Assembly: GCF_009914755.1 (NCBI RefSeq)
Contig: NC_060929.1
DNA from: the human T2T-CHM13v2.0 reference genome, Homo sapiens
Strand: one strand, 5' to 3'
DNA: 64,000 bases
Position 1 is the stretch's first letter. Every line of letters starts with the position of its first letter. The translations under genes and the position numbers were made by a program. Below, piece after piece: positions 13,400 through 28,873 of the stretch. The notes under the pieces were generated by a model that was not told where the DNA came from, made no database searches, and saw only the letters and a program-made list of their open reading frames with translations.

Positions 13400-15272
13400 G
13401 TTGAGGTAACAGGAAAAGTAAGAAAAATCCCCAGGTGACAGGTATTCTGAGAGGCAGGGTATAATACCGTGAGGCACAGCTGAGGCTTTCATGGTTAGTT
13501 AGCTCTGGGTGACAGGGTCTGTGAGAGACTGGGGGAGTAGAGTTTGCCAGTTCAAGTAGCCTAAGAGCTTTTATGTTAAAGTCCTTAGGGTAACAGAGTA
13601 CATTACTCAGAAGCCCATGAGGGGAGAGCTGGAAACCTTGAAGGACTAGGCCTCAGTAAAATATAGGACTAAATCATCTGTGCCCACTGACACAGGAAGA
13701 CAACAGAAAAGCTTACCTATCTCTGCTTGAGTTCCTGAAGAATTTGTACTCTGAGCCTGTTTCATGAACAAGTGTGTGGTTCAAATTTGTACTAGCTTCA
13801 AAATCTTCAATGTTCAGGAATATCCAAAATAAGAAATTAACATAAATATGCTCCTGTACCAGTGATAATTCTGGACACCTGTTAGACACAATGACAACAT
13901 TAGAGCATGTGTGCTCCACAACTTCCACAGATAAAGCACCTCTAAACTTGAATCTTCACAAGTAAATAATCTAAAATGGACGAGAAACTAAAGACACAGC
14001 AGGTAACAGCATTAGAAGATCAATATTTTCACATTAGAGTGTCTTCTAATAGATAATATAAAATTATTGTGTTCACATAATTAAAAGTAATGAGAATTAA
14101 AGCTGTAAGAAATGTACAAAAAATAAAATAAGCAAAAGCCACATAGATTAAAACAAATAAAAAGGACTTTTTAAATCAAGCCATAAACAAGTAGCTTATG
14201 CTGCATATTAAAAACAACTAAAAGCAAATATTTTGAATTAGAAGGTAGATTGGAGGAAATTAAATGAAATGTATCAAAGGAACATAAAGAAATTGAAAAT
14301 GCAAAAGAGATTATTCAGTGACATGAAGGAGAATGAGATCTAATATATGTATGCAAAAAGTACAGGAGGAAAAAGAGAAAGAATGACAAAGAGTCATAGT
14401 GTAACCAAATGGTGGCTGAGAATTTTATAGAACTGATGAAAGACATGAATCCTTAGATCCAAGAATTAAAAGCTTTAACTAAGATAAACAAAGGAAAAAC
14501 TCTTGACAATAGACTTCTTATGGTAACAATAGAGGCCAGAGTATAAATGAGCATTATCTTTACATTGCTGAGAAAAAAATAACTGTCAAGCTAGAATTAT
14601 ATACTAGACAAACTATCAATCAAGACTGAAAGTATAAAAAGGGCAATTTTGGACAAAAAAAGACATAAAGGCTTTATCATAACATACCCTCACTACAGTA
14701 GCTATATACCTCAGAAAGAAGAACCTTGAACACAGAAGGAAGAAAAGAGTTTCCAAAGGCAATAATGGGCAAAATAATTGGCAAACATAAGGTAAACCTA
14801 ATCACATGCTAATGATATAAAAATGAGAATAATGATACACAATGTGGGGTTCATAAAAATAAAGTTAAAGTAAAAATCTTAGACAAATGGCATATAAGAG
14901 AAGAGGGGATAATCAGAATTAAAGTTTCTAAAGGCTTTGTAATATTTGAAAAGGTTGTAAAATTATGAATTCACTTTGGACTTTGTTCAGACAGGCATAC
15001 ATTTTAAAAATGAAATGGTAAATCATAAAAGTATAGAGATTAAATGTGTAATTTCCAAACCAATGATAGAAAAGAAACAATTAAGAAAAATAAATCAGTC
15101 TAATACTTGTTTTGAGAGAAAACCCAGATATAATATAAAAATCATAAAATAAAGTAATATAAATAAAAACTGCCAAAATAAAATAAATTTAAATGAACTA
15201 ACCTCATCAGTTAAAAGATTCCAAGATTAGATTAAGAAACAGAATATAGCTCTTTAACGTCTACAAAAGTTA
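13400..15272 (+). mobile_element. Ancient L1M (L1ME-like) 5'UTR/ORF1/start of ORF2
   Basis: ORF1 remnants ggctgagaatttt..aactgatgaaagacatgaatcc and aactgtcaagctagaattatatac; ORF2 start aaatgaactaacctcatcagttaaaaga. Confidence 0.65.
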
Positions 15273-15291
15273 TATTTTGCCTTGTTCTGGT

Positions 15292-15676
15292 GGTATCAGT
15301 ATGTTTGGGCTGCCATAACAAAATACCACAGGCTAGGGTGGCTTAAACAATAAACATTTCTTTTCTCATAGTTTTGGAGGCTAAAAGTCTCATATCAAGG
15401 TACTATCAGGGTTGGTTTCTGGTGAGAACTCTCTTCCTGGCTTCTAGACAGTCACCTTCCAGCTGTGTCCTCACATGGCCTTTCCTCAGTGTCTGCATAG
15501 AGAAAAAGAGGGTGAGGTTCCCTCTGGTATCTCTCCCTATAAGCTCACTAATCCTATTGGCTTAGGACCTCACCCTTATGACCTTATTTAATCTTAGTTA
15601 CTTCCTTTGGCCAACTACAGCTACAATGGGGCTTTAACATGAATTTTGAAGAGACACAACCATTTAGTCTGTAACA
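15292..15676 (-). mobile_element. MLT1A/MLT1A0-like MaLR solo LTR
   Basis: tttgggctgccataacaaaataccacaggct...cacccttatgacc...catttagtctgtaaca. Confidence 0.85.
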
Positions 15677-16353
15677 TTGGCCTTCCACAAAACAGAACAC
15701 GAGGCAAGGATTAAGATGCTAACACTTTTTAGTAAATGGAAGCATGAAGCAGGATGAAGAGGAAAAAAAAAAAAAAAGGGAAATAAGCCACTGAAGAAAA
15801 AGAACAAACTTGGAAGGTTCATACTACTTAGTATAAAGCAACAGTAATCAAGACAGTGTGGTACTGGTGAAAGAATAACAGATAAAGAAAACAGAATAGA
15901 GGTGGGTAGAGCCAAGATGGCTGAATAGGAATAGGTACAGTCTACAGCTCCCAGCGTGAGCCACACAGAAGATGGGTGATTTCTGCATTTCCAACTGAGG
16001 TACAGGTTCATCTCACTGGGGAGTGCCAGACAGTGGGTACAGGACAGTGGGTGCAGCGCACCGTGCATGAGCCGAAGCAGGGCGAGGCATCGCCTCACCT
16101 GGGAAGTGCAAGGGGTCAGGGAATTCCCTTTCCTGGTCAAAGAAAGGGGTGACAGACAGCACCTGGAAAATCGGGTCGCTCCCATCCTAATACTGCGCTC
16201 TTCCAACGGGCTTAACAAACGGCACACCAGGAGATTATATCCCATACCTGGCTCAGAGGGTCCTATGTCCACGGAGCCTCGCTCATTGCTAGCACAGCAG
16301 TCTGAGATCAAACTGCAAGGTGGCAGTGAGGCTGGGGGATGGGTGCCCGCCAT
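15664..16353 (-). CDS. L1 ORF0 with read-through extension (229 aa), hypothetical
   Basis: ATG 16353-16351 in gcaATGg context; MAGTHPPASLPPCSLISDCCASN is the ORF0 N-terminus; frame open to TAA at 15666-15664; no expression evidence. Confidence 0.35.
   Translation of the reverse strand: MAGTHPPASLPPCSLISDCCASNERGSVDIGPSEPGMGYNLLVCRLLSPLEERSIRMGATRFSRCCLSPLSLTRKGNSLTPCTSQVRRCLALLRLMHGALHPLSCTHCLALPSEMNLYLSWKCRNHPSSVWLTLGAVDCTYSYSAILALPTSILFSLSVILSPVPHCLDYCCFILSSMNLPSLFFFFSGLFPFFFFFPLHPASCFHLLKSVSILILASCSVLWKANVTD
15677..15762 (-). mobile_element. ERVL LTR (LTR33-like) fragment; appears to continue at 25290-25700
   Basis: cagaacacgaggcaaggatt..gcaggatgaagagg resembles the LTR33/LTR16 end. Confidence 0.4.
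15790..15901 (+). mobile_element. L1MC-like ORF2 fragment (host of the L1PA4 insertion), left part
   Basis: aagaacaaacttggaagg..tataaagcaacagtaatcaagacagtgtggtactgg joins seamlessly to 22401 once the TSD is removed. Confidence 0.8.
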
Positions 16354-16928
16354 TGCCCAGGCTTGAGCAGGTAAACAAAGCGGCTGGGAAGCTCGAACTG
16401 GGTGGAACCCACCATAGCTCAAGGAGGCCTGCCTGCCTCTGTAGGCTCCACCTCTAGGGGCAGGGCACAGACAAACAAAAGGCAGCAATAACCTCTGCAG
16501 ACTTAAATGTCCCTGTCTGACAGCTTTGAAGAGAGCAGTGGTTCTCCCAGCACGCAGCTTGTTATCTGAGAACGGGCAGACTACCTCCTCAAGTGGGTCC
16601 CTAACGCCCGAGTAACCTAACTGGGAGGCATCCCCCAGTAGGGACGGACTGACACCTCACACAGCCAGATACCCCTCTGAGACAAAATTTCCAGAGGAAC
16701 CATCAGGCAGCAGCATTTGCCGTTCACCAATATCCGCTGTTCTGCAGCCACTGCTGCTGATACCCAGGCAAACAGGGTCTGGAGTGGACCTCCAGTAAAC
16801 TGCAACAGACCTGCAGCTGAGGGTCTTGACTGTTAGAAGGAAAACTAACAAACAGAAAGGACATCCACACCAAAAACCCATCTGTATGTCACCATCATCA
16901 AAGACGAAAGTTAGATAAAACCACAAAG
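15902..16928 (+). promoter_or_regulatory. L1 5'UTR with internal sense and antisense promoters; retains the 129-bp ZNF93-target segment (16672-16800)
   Basis: YY1-type caagatggc near 15913; segment cccctctgagacaaaa...tccagtaaac is present. Confidence 0.75.
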
Positions 16929-17944
16929 ACGGGGAAAAAACAGAGCAGAAAAACCGGAAACTCTAAAAATCAGAGCACCTCTCCACCTCCAAAGTAACGC
17001 AGCTCCTCACGAGCAACGGAACAAAGCTGGACAGAGAATGACTTTGAAGAGTTGAGAGAAGAAGGCTTCAGAAGATCAAACTACTCCGAGCTAAAGGAGG
17101 AAGTTCAAACCAATGGCAAAGAAGTTAAAAACTTTGAAAAAAAATTAGATGAATGAATAACTAGAATAACCAATGCAGAGAAGTCCTTAAAGGACCTGAT
17201 GGAGCTGAAAACCACGGCACAACAACTACGTGATGAATGCACAAGCCTCAGTAAACGATGAGATCAACTGGAAGAAAGGGTATCAGCGATGGAAGATGAA
17301 ATGAATGAAATGAAGCGTGAAGAGAAGTTTAGAGAAAAAAGAATAAAAAGAAACGAACAAAGCCTCCAAGAAATATGGGATTATGTGAAAAGACCAAATC
17401 TACGTCTGATTGGTGTACCTGAAAGTCACAGGAAGAATGGACCCAAGTTGGAAAACACCCTGCAGGATATAATCCAGGAGAACTTCCCCAATCTAGCAAG
17501 GCAGGCCAACGTTCAAATTCAGGAAATAGAGAGAACGCCACAAAGATACTCCTCGAGAAGAGCAACTCCAAGACACATAATTGTCAGATTCACCAAAGTT
17601 GAAATGAAGGAAAAAATGTTAAGGGCAGCCAGAGAGAAAGGTTGGGTTACCCACAAAGGGAAGCCCATCAGACTAACAGTTGATCTCTCGGCAGAAACTC
17701 TACAAGCCAGAAGAGAGTGGGGGCCAATATTCAACATTCTTAAAGAAAAGAATTTTCAACCCAGAATTTCATATCCAGCCAAACTAAGCTTCATAAGTAA
17801 AGGAGAAATAAAATCCTCTACAGATAAGCAAATGCTGAGAGATTTAGTCACCACCAGGCCTGCCCTAAAAGAGCTCCTGAGGAAGCACTAAACATGGAAA
17901 GGAACAACCAGTACCAGCCACTGCAAAAACATGCCAAATTGTAA
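16929..17944 (+). pseudogene. Disrupted L1 ORF1
   Basis: Start codon mutated to ACG (16929), TAA at 16995-16997, further stops and a terminal frameshift; residual 200-aa ORF 17289-17891. Confidence 0.92.
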
Positions 17945-18007
17945 AGACCATCAAGGCTGGGAAGAAACCGCATCAACTAACGAGCAAAATAACCAGCTAA
18001 CATCATA

Positions 18008-22147
<4,140 letters not shown>

Positions 22148-22382
22148 ACAATGAGAACACGTGGACACAGGAAGGGGAACATCACACACCGGGGACAGTT
22201 GTGGGGTTGGGGGAAGAGGGAGGGATAGCATTAGGAGATATACGTAATGCTAAATGATGAGTTAATGGGTGCAGCACACCAACATGGCACATGTATACAT
22301 ATGTAACAAACCTGCATGTTGTGCACATGTACCCTAAAACTTAAAGTATAATAATAATAAAAAAAAGCAAAAAAAAAAAAGA

Positions 22383-25287
22383 AAAGAAAACAGACTAGAG
22401 AGCCTGGAAAGAGACCCACACAATCAACTGATCTTTGACCAAGGAGCAAAGACAACCAAATGGAGAAAAGATACTCTTCCCAGTAAATGGTGCTGACATT
22501 AACAAGTGGACATCCACATGCACAAAAAGAACACAGACATTTACTTTATTCCTTCCATAAGATATTAACTCAAAATTAATCATAAAGCTACATGTAAAAG
22601 AAAAAACTATGAAGCTTCCAGGAGAAAATGTGGGAAAAAAAAATCTGTAAACTTGGATTTGGTGATGAGCTTTTAGCTACAACACTAAAAACATGACACA
22701 TGAAGGGAAAAAACTGATAAGTAAAATTTATTAAAAAATGTTTGCTTTGTGAAAAACCTGTCAAGAGAAAGAAAAGAGAAACCATATACTGAAGAAAAAT
22801 TTGCAAATATTTGTAAAACATGTATTTGAATAAGGACTTATATCTAAAATATGCAAAGAATACTTACAGCTCAACAAAAGAAAAGAAGTTAAAATGGGCA
22901 AAAGATCTAAACAGACACCTCACCAAAGAAAAGATGCAGATATACATATGTAAAATGTTCAACCAGATCTGCTGGTAGAAAATTGCAAATTAAAATAATG
23001 AGATACCAGTACATACCTATTAGAATGGCTAAAATAAAGTCGAAAAGAAAAAGTTGGCAATACTAATGGTCAGAGAAATTTCAGAGCAATAGGAATTTTT
23101 ATTCATTGTTAGTGCAAATGCAAAATGGTGCATGCAGCCACTTTGGAAGACAGTTTGGTAGGTTCTTACAAAGCTAAACATAGTTTTACCATATGATTCA
23201 GCAATTGTTTCTAGATATTTAGACAATTAATTTGAAAATATACATCCATTAAAAACCTGTACACAAATGTTTAGTTTTATTCAAAATCCCCCCGCCCCCC
23301 AAACTGGAAGCAACCAAGATGTCCTTCAGTTGGTGAATGGATGAATAGACTGTGGTATATATACATAATGAATATTATTCAGCAAAACAAAAAGAGAGCT
23401 AGCAAGCCATGAAAAGACATGGAGCATTAAAAGTGTATTTAAATGAAAGAAGCCAGTTTTAAAAGGCTACATATTATATTATTTTAGTTATATGATATTC
23501 TAGAAAAGGTAAAACTATAGAGACAATAAAATGATCAGTAGTTGCCAGGAGTTCAGGGCATGTTTAGGGGCAGTGTTTAATGAATGAAGCACAGGGGACA
23601 CTTTTTTGATGGTCAAACTATTCTGTATGGTGCTGTAATGGTAGCTACATGTACTATGCATTTGTCTGAACGCACAGAACTTCACAGCACAAGGAATAAG
23701 CCTTAATGTATGCAAAGTTTTAAAAAATCATTTAGATTTGAGGGGTCCAGATTGAAATTCAGAATGTGACAGAACAATCCAACAGTATTAGAATATGTAC
23801 AACTTCACTGAAGAGCATGGGAAATAAAGGAGAAAAATCTAAGTAACATTGAAAATGACTGGAAAGTATAAGACTAAAAGCAAAAGAACTGTATGTAAGC
23901 ACTGAACTCTAGTTGGTAAAGTTGTTTTCCATGGGGAAATGGGTTAACAGTTCTGACGCTGTTTTACATATATGCTGGATAATGGATAGTGGGAGCCAGA
24001 TTTCTCACTGTTATAGTGGTAGGATATAGATAAGCAAAGGGAAGGCTGGAATGATCCATATGGTAATGGATTCTGGTTGGAGATATCAGTATGAACTCAT
24101 GTTTAGCTTACTATTTACAGAGATTATTACAAGTAGAAATATTTGTAGCTATGTGTGTATACAGAGGTGAATATAACACACATATTTCCTTGTTCTGCCA
24201 GCTAAGAGGACCTGGAGGCAATGATGTCCCAGCAGTAAGGAACATGCCTGATTTCTAACACTATATTCCAATTAAAAAAACTTATCAGGGCTCCTTGGAG
24301 AAATGGCTGATTCTAGGATTTGGGCAGGAGGTATACAAGATGAGTCTGGAATATCTTGTGCCAGAAAATAAGGAAATGCTCCAAGTAAAAATTTATAGGA
24401 TATGTCAAAGAAATACAGGAGACAATTGAAAGAATTCCCAATAGTCAAAACTGAAACAATTTAAGAAAACAGAAACAAAAACAAAGTGTTGCATTATAAA
24501 TGAAAGTATAAGATAAAATTCATGAGTTCATATTGACATAAATAAATGATAGAATAAGTAAATAAAAGTGGGAGAAAACAAAACCCCCAGGCAGAATAAT
24601 TCCAAATAATTTTTGCAGATACTCTGCCCTCAAGGGTAGGAGCATAATTCCCCACTTCTTCAGCATGGGCTATGCATAGGGACCTCTTTCTAAACAGTTC
24701 AGTGTGGAAAGGGGAAGAAGAGTAACTTAACTGTGGAGAAACCTGACAAACACTACCTCAGGTGATCAAGGTTAACATCAGCAGTGATAAACCATGCTGA
24801 TAGTATGTACTTTTGATGACATATGATGAAAATAGCAATCTGTGGTCTATCTCCTCAAAAACATATAATTCTAGTCTAATCATGAGAAAAACATCAAATA
24901 AATTCCAACTGAGAAAGATTCTACCAATTACCTCAACGGTATTCCTCAAAATGGTCAAAGTTATTAAAACAAGTAAAGTCTAAGAAACTCTCTTGGTCAA
25001 AAGAAGCCTAGGGAGACATAATGACCAAATGCAAGGTGATATCCTAGGTAAGATTCTGGAACAGAAAGGGGATATTTAGATAAAACCTAAGGAAATCTGA
25101 ATAAAGTATGGACTTTAGTTTTTAATAATGTCTCAATATTGGTACATTAGTTATAACAAATGCACCATAGTAATGTAAGATGTTAACAATAGGAAAAATT
25201 GGCATGGGGTGTATGGAAACTCTTTATATTATCTTTGCATACCTTTATAGACCTAAACTCTTCTAAAATAAAGTGCTTATTTTGAAG
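22383..25287 (+). mobile_element. L1MC-like ORF2 end and long 3'UTR, right part
   Basis: caactgatctttgaccaaggagcaaag...; 3'UTR gatcaaggttaacatcagcagtgataa, ending ttctaaaataaagt. Confidence 0.8.
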
Positions 25288-25739
25288 GACGTGAGGCAAA
25301 GAAAAGTGAAATACAAAGCAATGCAAGGTGTTCCTGCACTGGCTGCCTCCTTCTAATAAGGTCAAAGAGACTCAGCAGGTAGCTAGGCAGCCATGTTCAG
25401 TTGGTACACAGGTCTCCAGAATGGTATAGAGGAGGACTTGTACCTTTGAGCAGTTAACGGGAGAGAAAAAGAGGGAGAATTTGTCTCACTTCTCCTTTCC
25501 TCTTAATTCTCTATTAGTAATGGCTCACTCCCTTGGGAGCTAATTTCTCTACATGTATGGATGATATCATTTGGGCCCTCAGTGGCTACTCAGGAAGCCA
25601 GGTTCCCCATCCCATGGTGTATGGCTTCACCAAATGCCAAAACTGAAGAGGCAGCAGACTGTTGGTGTGGTGACAACCAAGAGCAATAAAGCAAGGAGGT
25701 TAAAGGAAACTGGAAAGACACTCAATGTCTGTGTTCCAA

Positions 25740-26270
25740 TGAATACCTATAAAAAGAAGACACAGGAAAGTTTAGATAAACGGGAAGAAAAATACAATGG
25801 AAAAAATTATACATAATAAAAATTGTTCTGTTGATATTTGATAAAGTAGAATTTAAAATGAAAAACATTATTAAATGTAAATATGTGTCACTGGCTACTG
25901 CTAAAAATAAAAATTAGGAAGGAATATATAATTTTTCAAAATCGATATATAGATAATAGCATAACCTCCAGATATAGAAAGTTAAATAGGAATTGAAGAG
26001 AATATTTATAAACATCCATTATATTTGAATTAAAGTACATCTTTCTGAAGAGTTGGTTGATCATACATGCAAACAAAATTCTACAATATCTGAACTACAA
26101 AAATGAATTCTTATCTAATAAAAATTTATAGATCTCTGCAGTAGTAATTAGAGAATAAGAATTCACTTTGTGCTCATATGGACCATTATAAAATTTGCCT
26201 ATGTATCTGACATAAGGCAATTGTCATCAAATATTGAAGCACTGATATCTAAACACCTTTTCCAATCACC
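25740..26270 (+). mobile_element. Ancient L1ME-like ORF2 (endonuclease region) fragment
   Basis: Degenerate tatagatctctgca..gtgctcatatggaccattataaaatttg..ttttccaatcacca; plausible continuation of the 13400-15272 element. Confidence 0.5.
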
Positions 26271-26271
26271 A

Positions 26272-26750
26272 TGCAGGGGTCTCGTTTCAAATTCTTCAGA
26301 AGCATACCTTGAGACAAGGATTTGATTGAAGGTGGTTTATTATTCCTGAATCTATGAACATTAGAAGGTGGGTGAGGAAGTGATACAGGAAAGGAAAGTC
26401 AGACAAGAAAGAATATCTTTTAAGACAGCTACAACAGTGGATAATTGGAGTTTAATTCAATTGAGAAACTCTGACAAATTGTGTAAATATGTCTCAAAAT
26501 TATCCTACCCAAGGCGTGAGAGCACTGGGGTGTTTATGCACTAACTCCCCTTAGTCATTGGCTGGTGATAGTTCCTAGGGGATACTAATTATCCAGCACT
26601 TCCCTCCTGTATTTAAGCAGAACACTGTTTCATGGTTCCAGAAAAAACTCTCTGGCTCAGAGAAGCACATAATAGCAATTGGAAGTTGTCTGGAGTACAA
26701 TGAAATAATAAGTCTAAGGAATATAGGTAGAAAAAATCAGCTATTGTAAC
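26272..26750 (-). mobile_element. LTR16C-like ERVL LTR
   Basis: cagaagcataccttgagacaaggatttga..ggaagtgatacaggaaaggaa..ctggggtgtttatgcactaactcccc. Confidence 0.7.
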
Positions 26751-26800
26751 AAAGCAAAAAAGCAATTTTAAAAACATAACAAAACCAATATGTTTATAAA

Positions 26801-27044
26801 TTTTTTTATTTCCAATTTTTAAGTTTAGGGTTTAATGTACAGGATGTGCAGGTTTGTTGCATAGGTAAACGTGTGCCACGGTGGTTTGCTACCCAGCTCA
26901 TCCCATCACCCAGGTATTAAGTCCAACAGCCACTAGCTGTTGCTATTCCTCCTGATCCTCTCCCTCCTCCCACCACCTGCCCTCCAACAGACCCCAGTCA
27001 GTGTGTGTTGTTCCCCGCAATGTGTTCATGTGTTCTCATCATTT
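26801..27044 (-). mobile_element. L1PA15/16-like 3' end
   Basis: caggatgtgcaggtttgtt..catcccatcacccaggtattaag..gtgttctcatcattt. Confidence 0.8.
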
Positions 27045-27131
27045 GCACACACACATACAGACACATTAATTAATAACTCATAGGGCAAAGAAAAAACTTA
27101 AAACTTAAACTTGCAATTAAAGGCAAATTCT

Positions 27132-27346
27132 TGGAGATAGAAAATAGAATATACCAGGGACTGACAGGAAGGGAGAATGGGGACTTATTGCTTACTGGGT
27201 ACAGAGTTTTCTGAGATACTAAAAAGTTCTGGAAGCGAATACTGGTAATAGTTTGTGACATTCCGAATGAACTTAATGTCATTGAACTGTACATTTAAAA
27301 TGGTTAAAATGATGAATTTTATGTTACATATGTTTTACAACAAAAT
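27132..27346 (+). mobile_element. L1MB 3' end
   Basis: tgggtacagagttt..tgaactgtacatttaaaatggttaaaatgatgaattttatg. Confidence 0.8.
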
Positions 27347-27678
27347 TTATTTTTATTGCAATAATTTTATTGCAATTAAAAATATTTAGAACACAAATAA
27401 TGGAAATACTATATGTTAAAACTTTTGTAGTCAAGTACTGGTGGACTTAGAAATTTATAGTCTTAAATGAACATATTAGAAAATAAAAACATATCAAAAA
27501 TTAATAAGCCAAACATATAACTCAAAAGATTACAAAATATTTGAATAATTTCTGTGACTGTACAGAAAAAGAAAAAATACTACTAAAAAGATAGTCCTAA
27601 TTTGATTGTCCAAGAAAAAGGAAAGATGGCAAAAATCATAATACTGGAAATAAATGAGAGGTCAGAAATTAGGATTTA

Positions 27679-27940
27679 ATACCACATGTTCTCACTTATA
27701 AGTGGGAGCTGAACAATGAAAACACATGGAGGGGGAACAACACACACTGGGGGCTGTCGGTGGGGGCGGGGGACAGAAGCGCATCAGGAGGAATAGCTAA
27801 TGGATGCTGCACTTATTACTGAGGTGATGGGTTGATCTGTGCAGCAAACCACCATGGCACACATGTACTTATGTAACAAACCTACACATCCTGCACATGT
27901 ATTCCAGAACTTAAAATAAAAGTTGATGGGAAAAAAAAGA
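27679..27940 (+). mobile_element. L1PA15/16-like 3' end
   Basis: gcatcaggaggaatagctaatggatgctg..gggttgatctgtgcagc..aacttaaaataaaagttga. Confidence 0.8.
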
Positions 27941-28834
27941 AATTGAGGTTTAATAGAGACTTAAAATTCAGAAATAAAAAAAGTTTTGGTTCTGGCTGTA
28001 ATAGAGTGGTAAGAATCACATTCATCTTTCCACTGTAAATACCTATAAAACAAACTATATGAAAAAGCTGTTCTTTGGCATCGTACAATAGACAACATAA
28101 GACTTTGATTCTCAAGAGAAGGGCTGCAGTTGTTATCGTGAGTCATGCCTGTAATACCAGAATTTTGGGAGGCCAAGGCAGGAGGATCGCTTCAGGCCAG
28201 GAGTTCAAGACAAGCCTGGGGAACATAGTGAGATCCCATCTCTGTAAAAATTTTTTTTTTTAATTAGCTAGATTTGGTAGTGTGCGCCTGTAGTCCAGCT
28301 GCTCAGGAAGCTGAGGTGAGAGAATCGCTTGAGCCCAGGAGTTTAAGACTGCAGTAAGCTATAAATGTGCCACTACACTCCAGCCTGGGCAACAGAGTGA
28401 GACTGTATCTCAAAAAAAGAAAGAAAGATACCGCATGTTCTCACTCAGAAGTGGGGGTTGAACAATGAGAACACATGGACACAGGGAGGGGAACAACACA
28501 CACCAGGTCCTGTTGGGGACTGGAGGGTGAGGGGAGGGAACTTAGAGGACAGGTCAATAGGTGCAGCAAACCACCATGGCACACGCGTACCTATGTAACA
28601 AACCTGCACATTCTGCACATGTACTCCAGAACTTAAAATAAAAGTTGATGGGAAAAAAAAGAAATTGAGATTTAATAGAGACTTAAAATTCAGAAATAAA
28701 AAAAGTTTGGGTTCTGGCAGTAATAGAGTGATAAGAATCACATTCATCTTTATACTGTAAATACCTAAAAAACAAACTATAGGAAAAATCTGTTCTTTGG
28801 CATCATACAATAGGCAACATAAGGCTTTGATCTC
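27891..28834 (+). repeat. Local direct duplication: 27891-28113 copied at 28613-28834
   Basis: By-eye alignment gives about 13 substitutions and 1 indel over about 223 bp; offset 722 bp. Confidence 0.92.
28122..28427 (+). mobile_element. AluJ
   Basis: ggcaggaggatcgcttcaggccaggagttcaagac, gagcccaggagtttaagactgcagtaagctat; A-rich tail. Confidence 0.88.
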
Positions 28835-28873
28835 ATATTGTCTTTTTTTTTTTTTAGAACAAATTAAAAAAAA
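28428..28873 (+). mobile_element. L1PA12/13-like 3' end, interrupted by the duplicated segment
   Basis: gggaacttagaggacaggtcaataggtgcagc; its presumed own tail ttttttttagaacaaattaaaaaaa appears at about 28843-28873. Confidence 0.75.
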
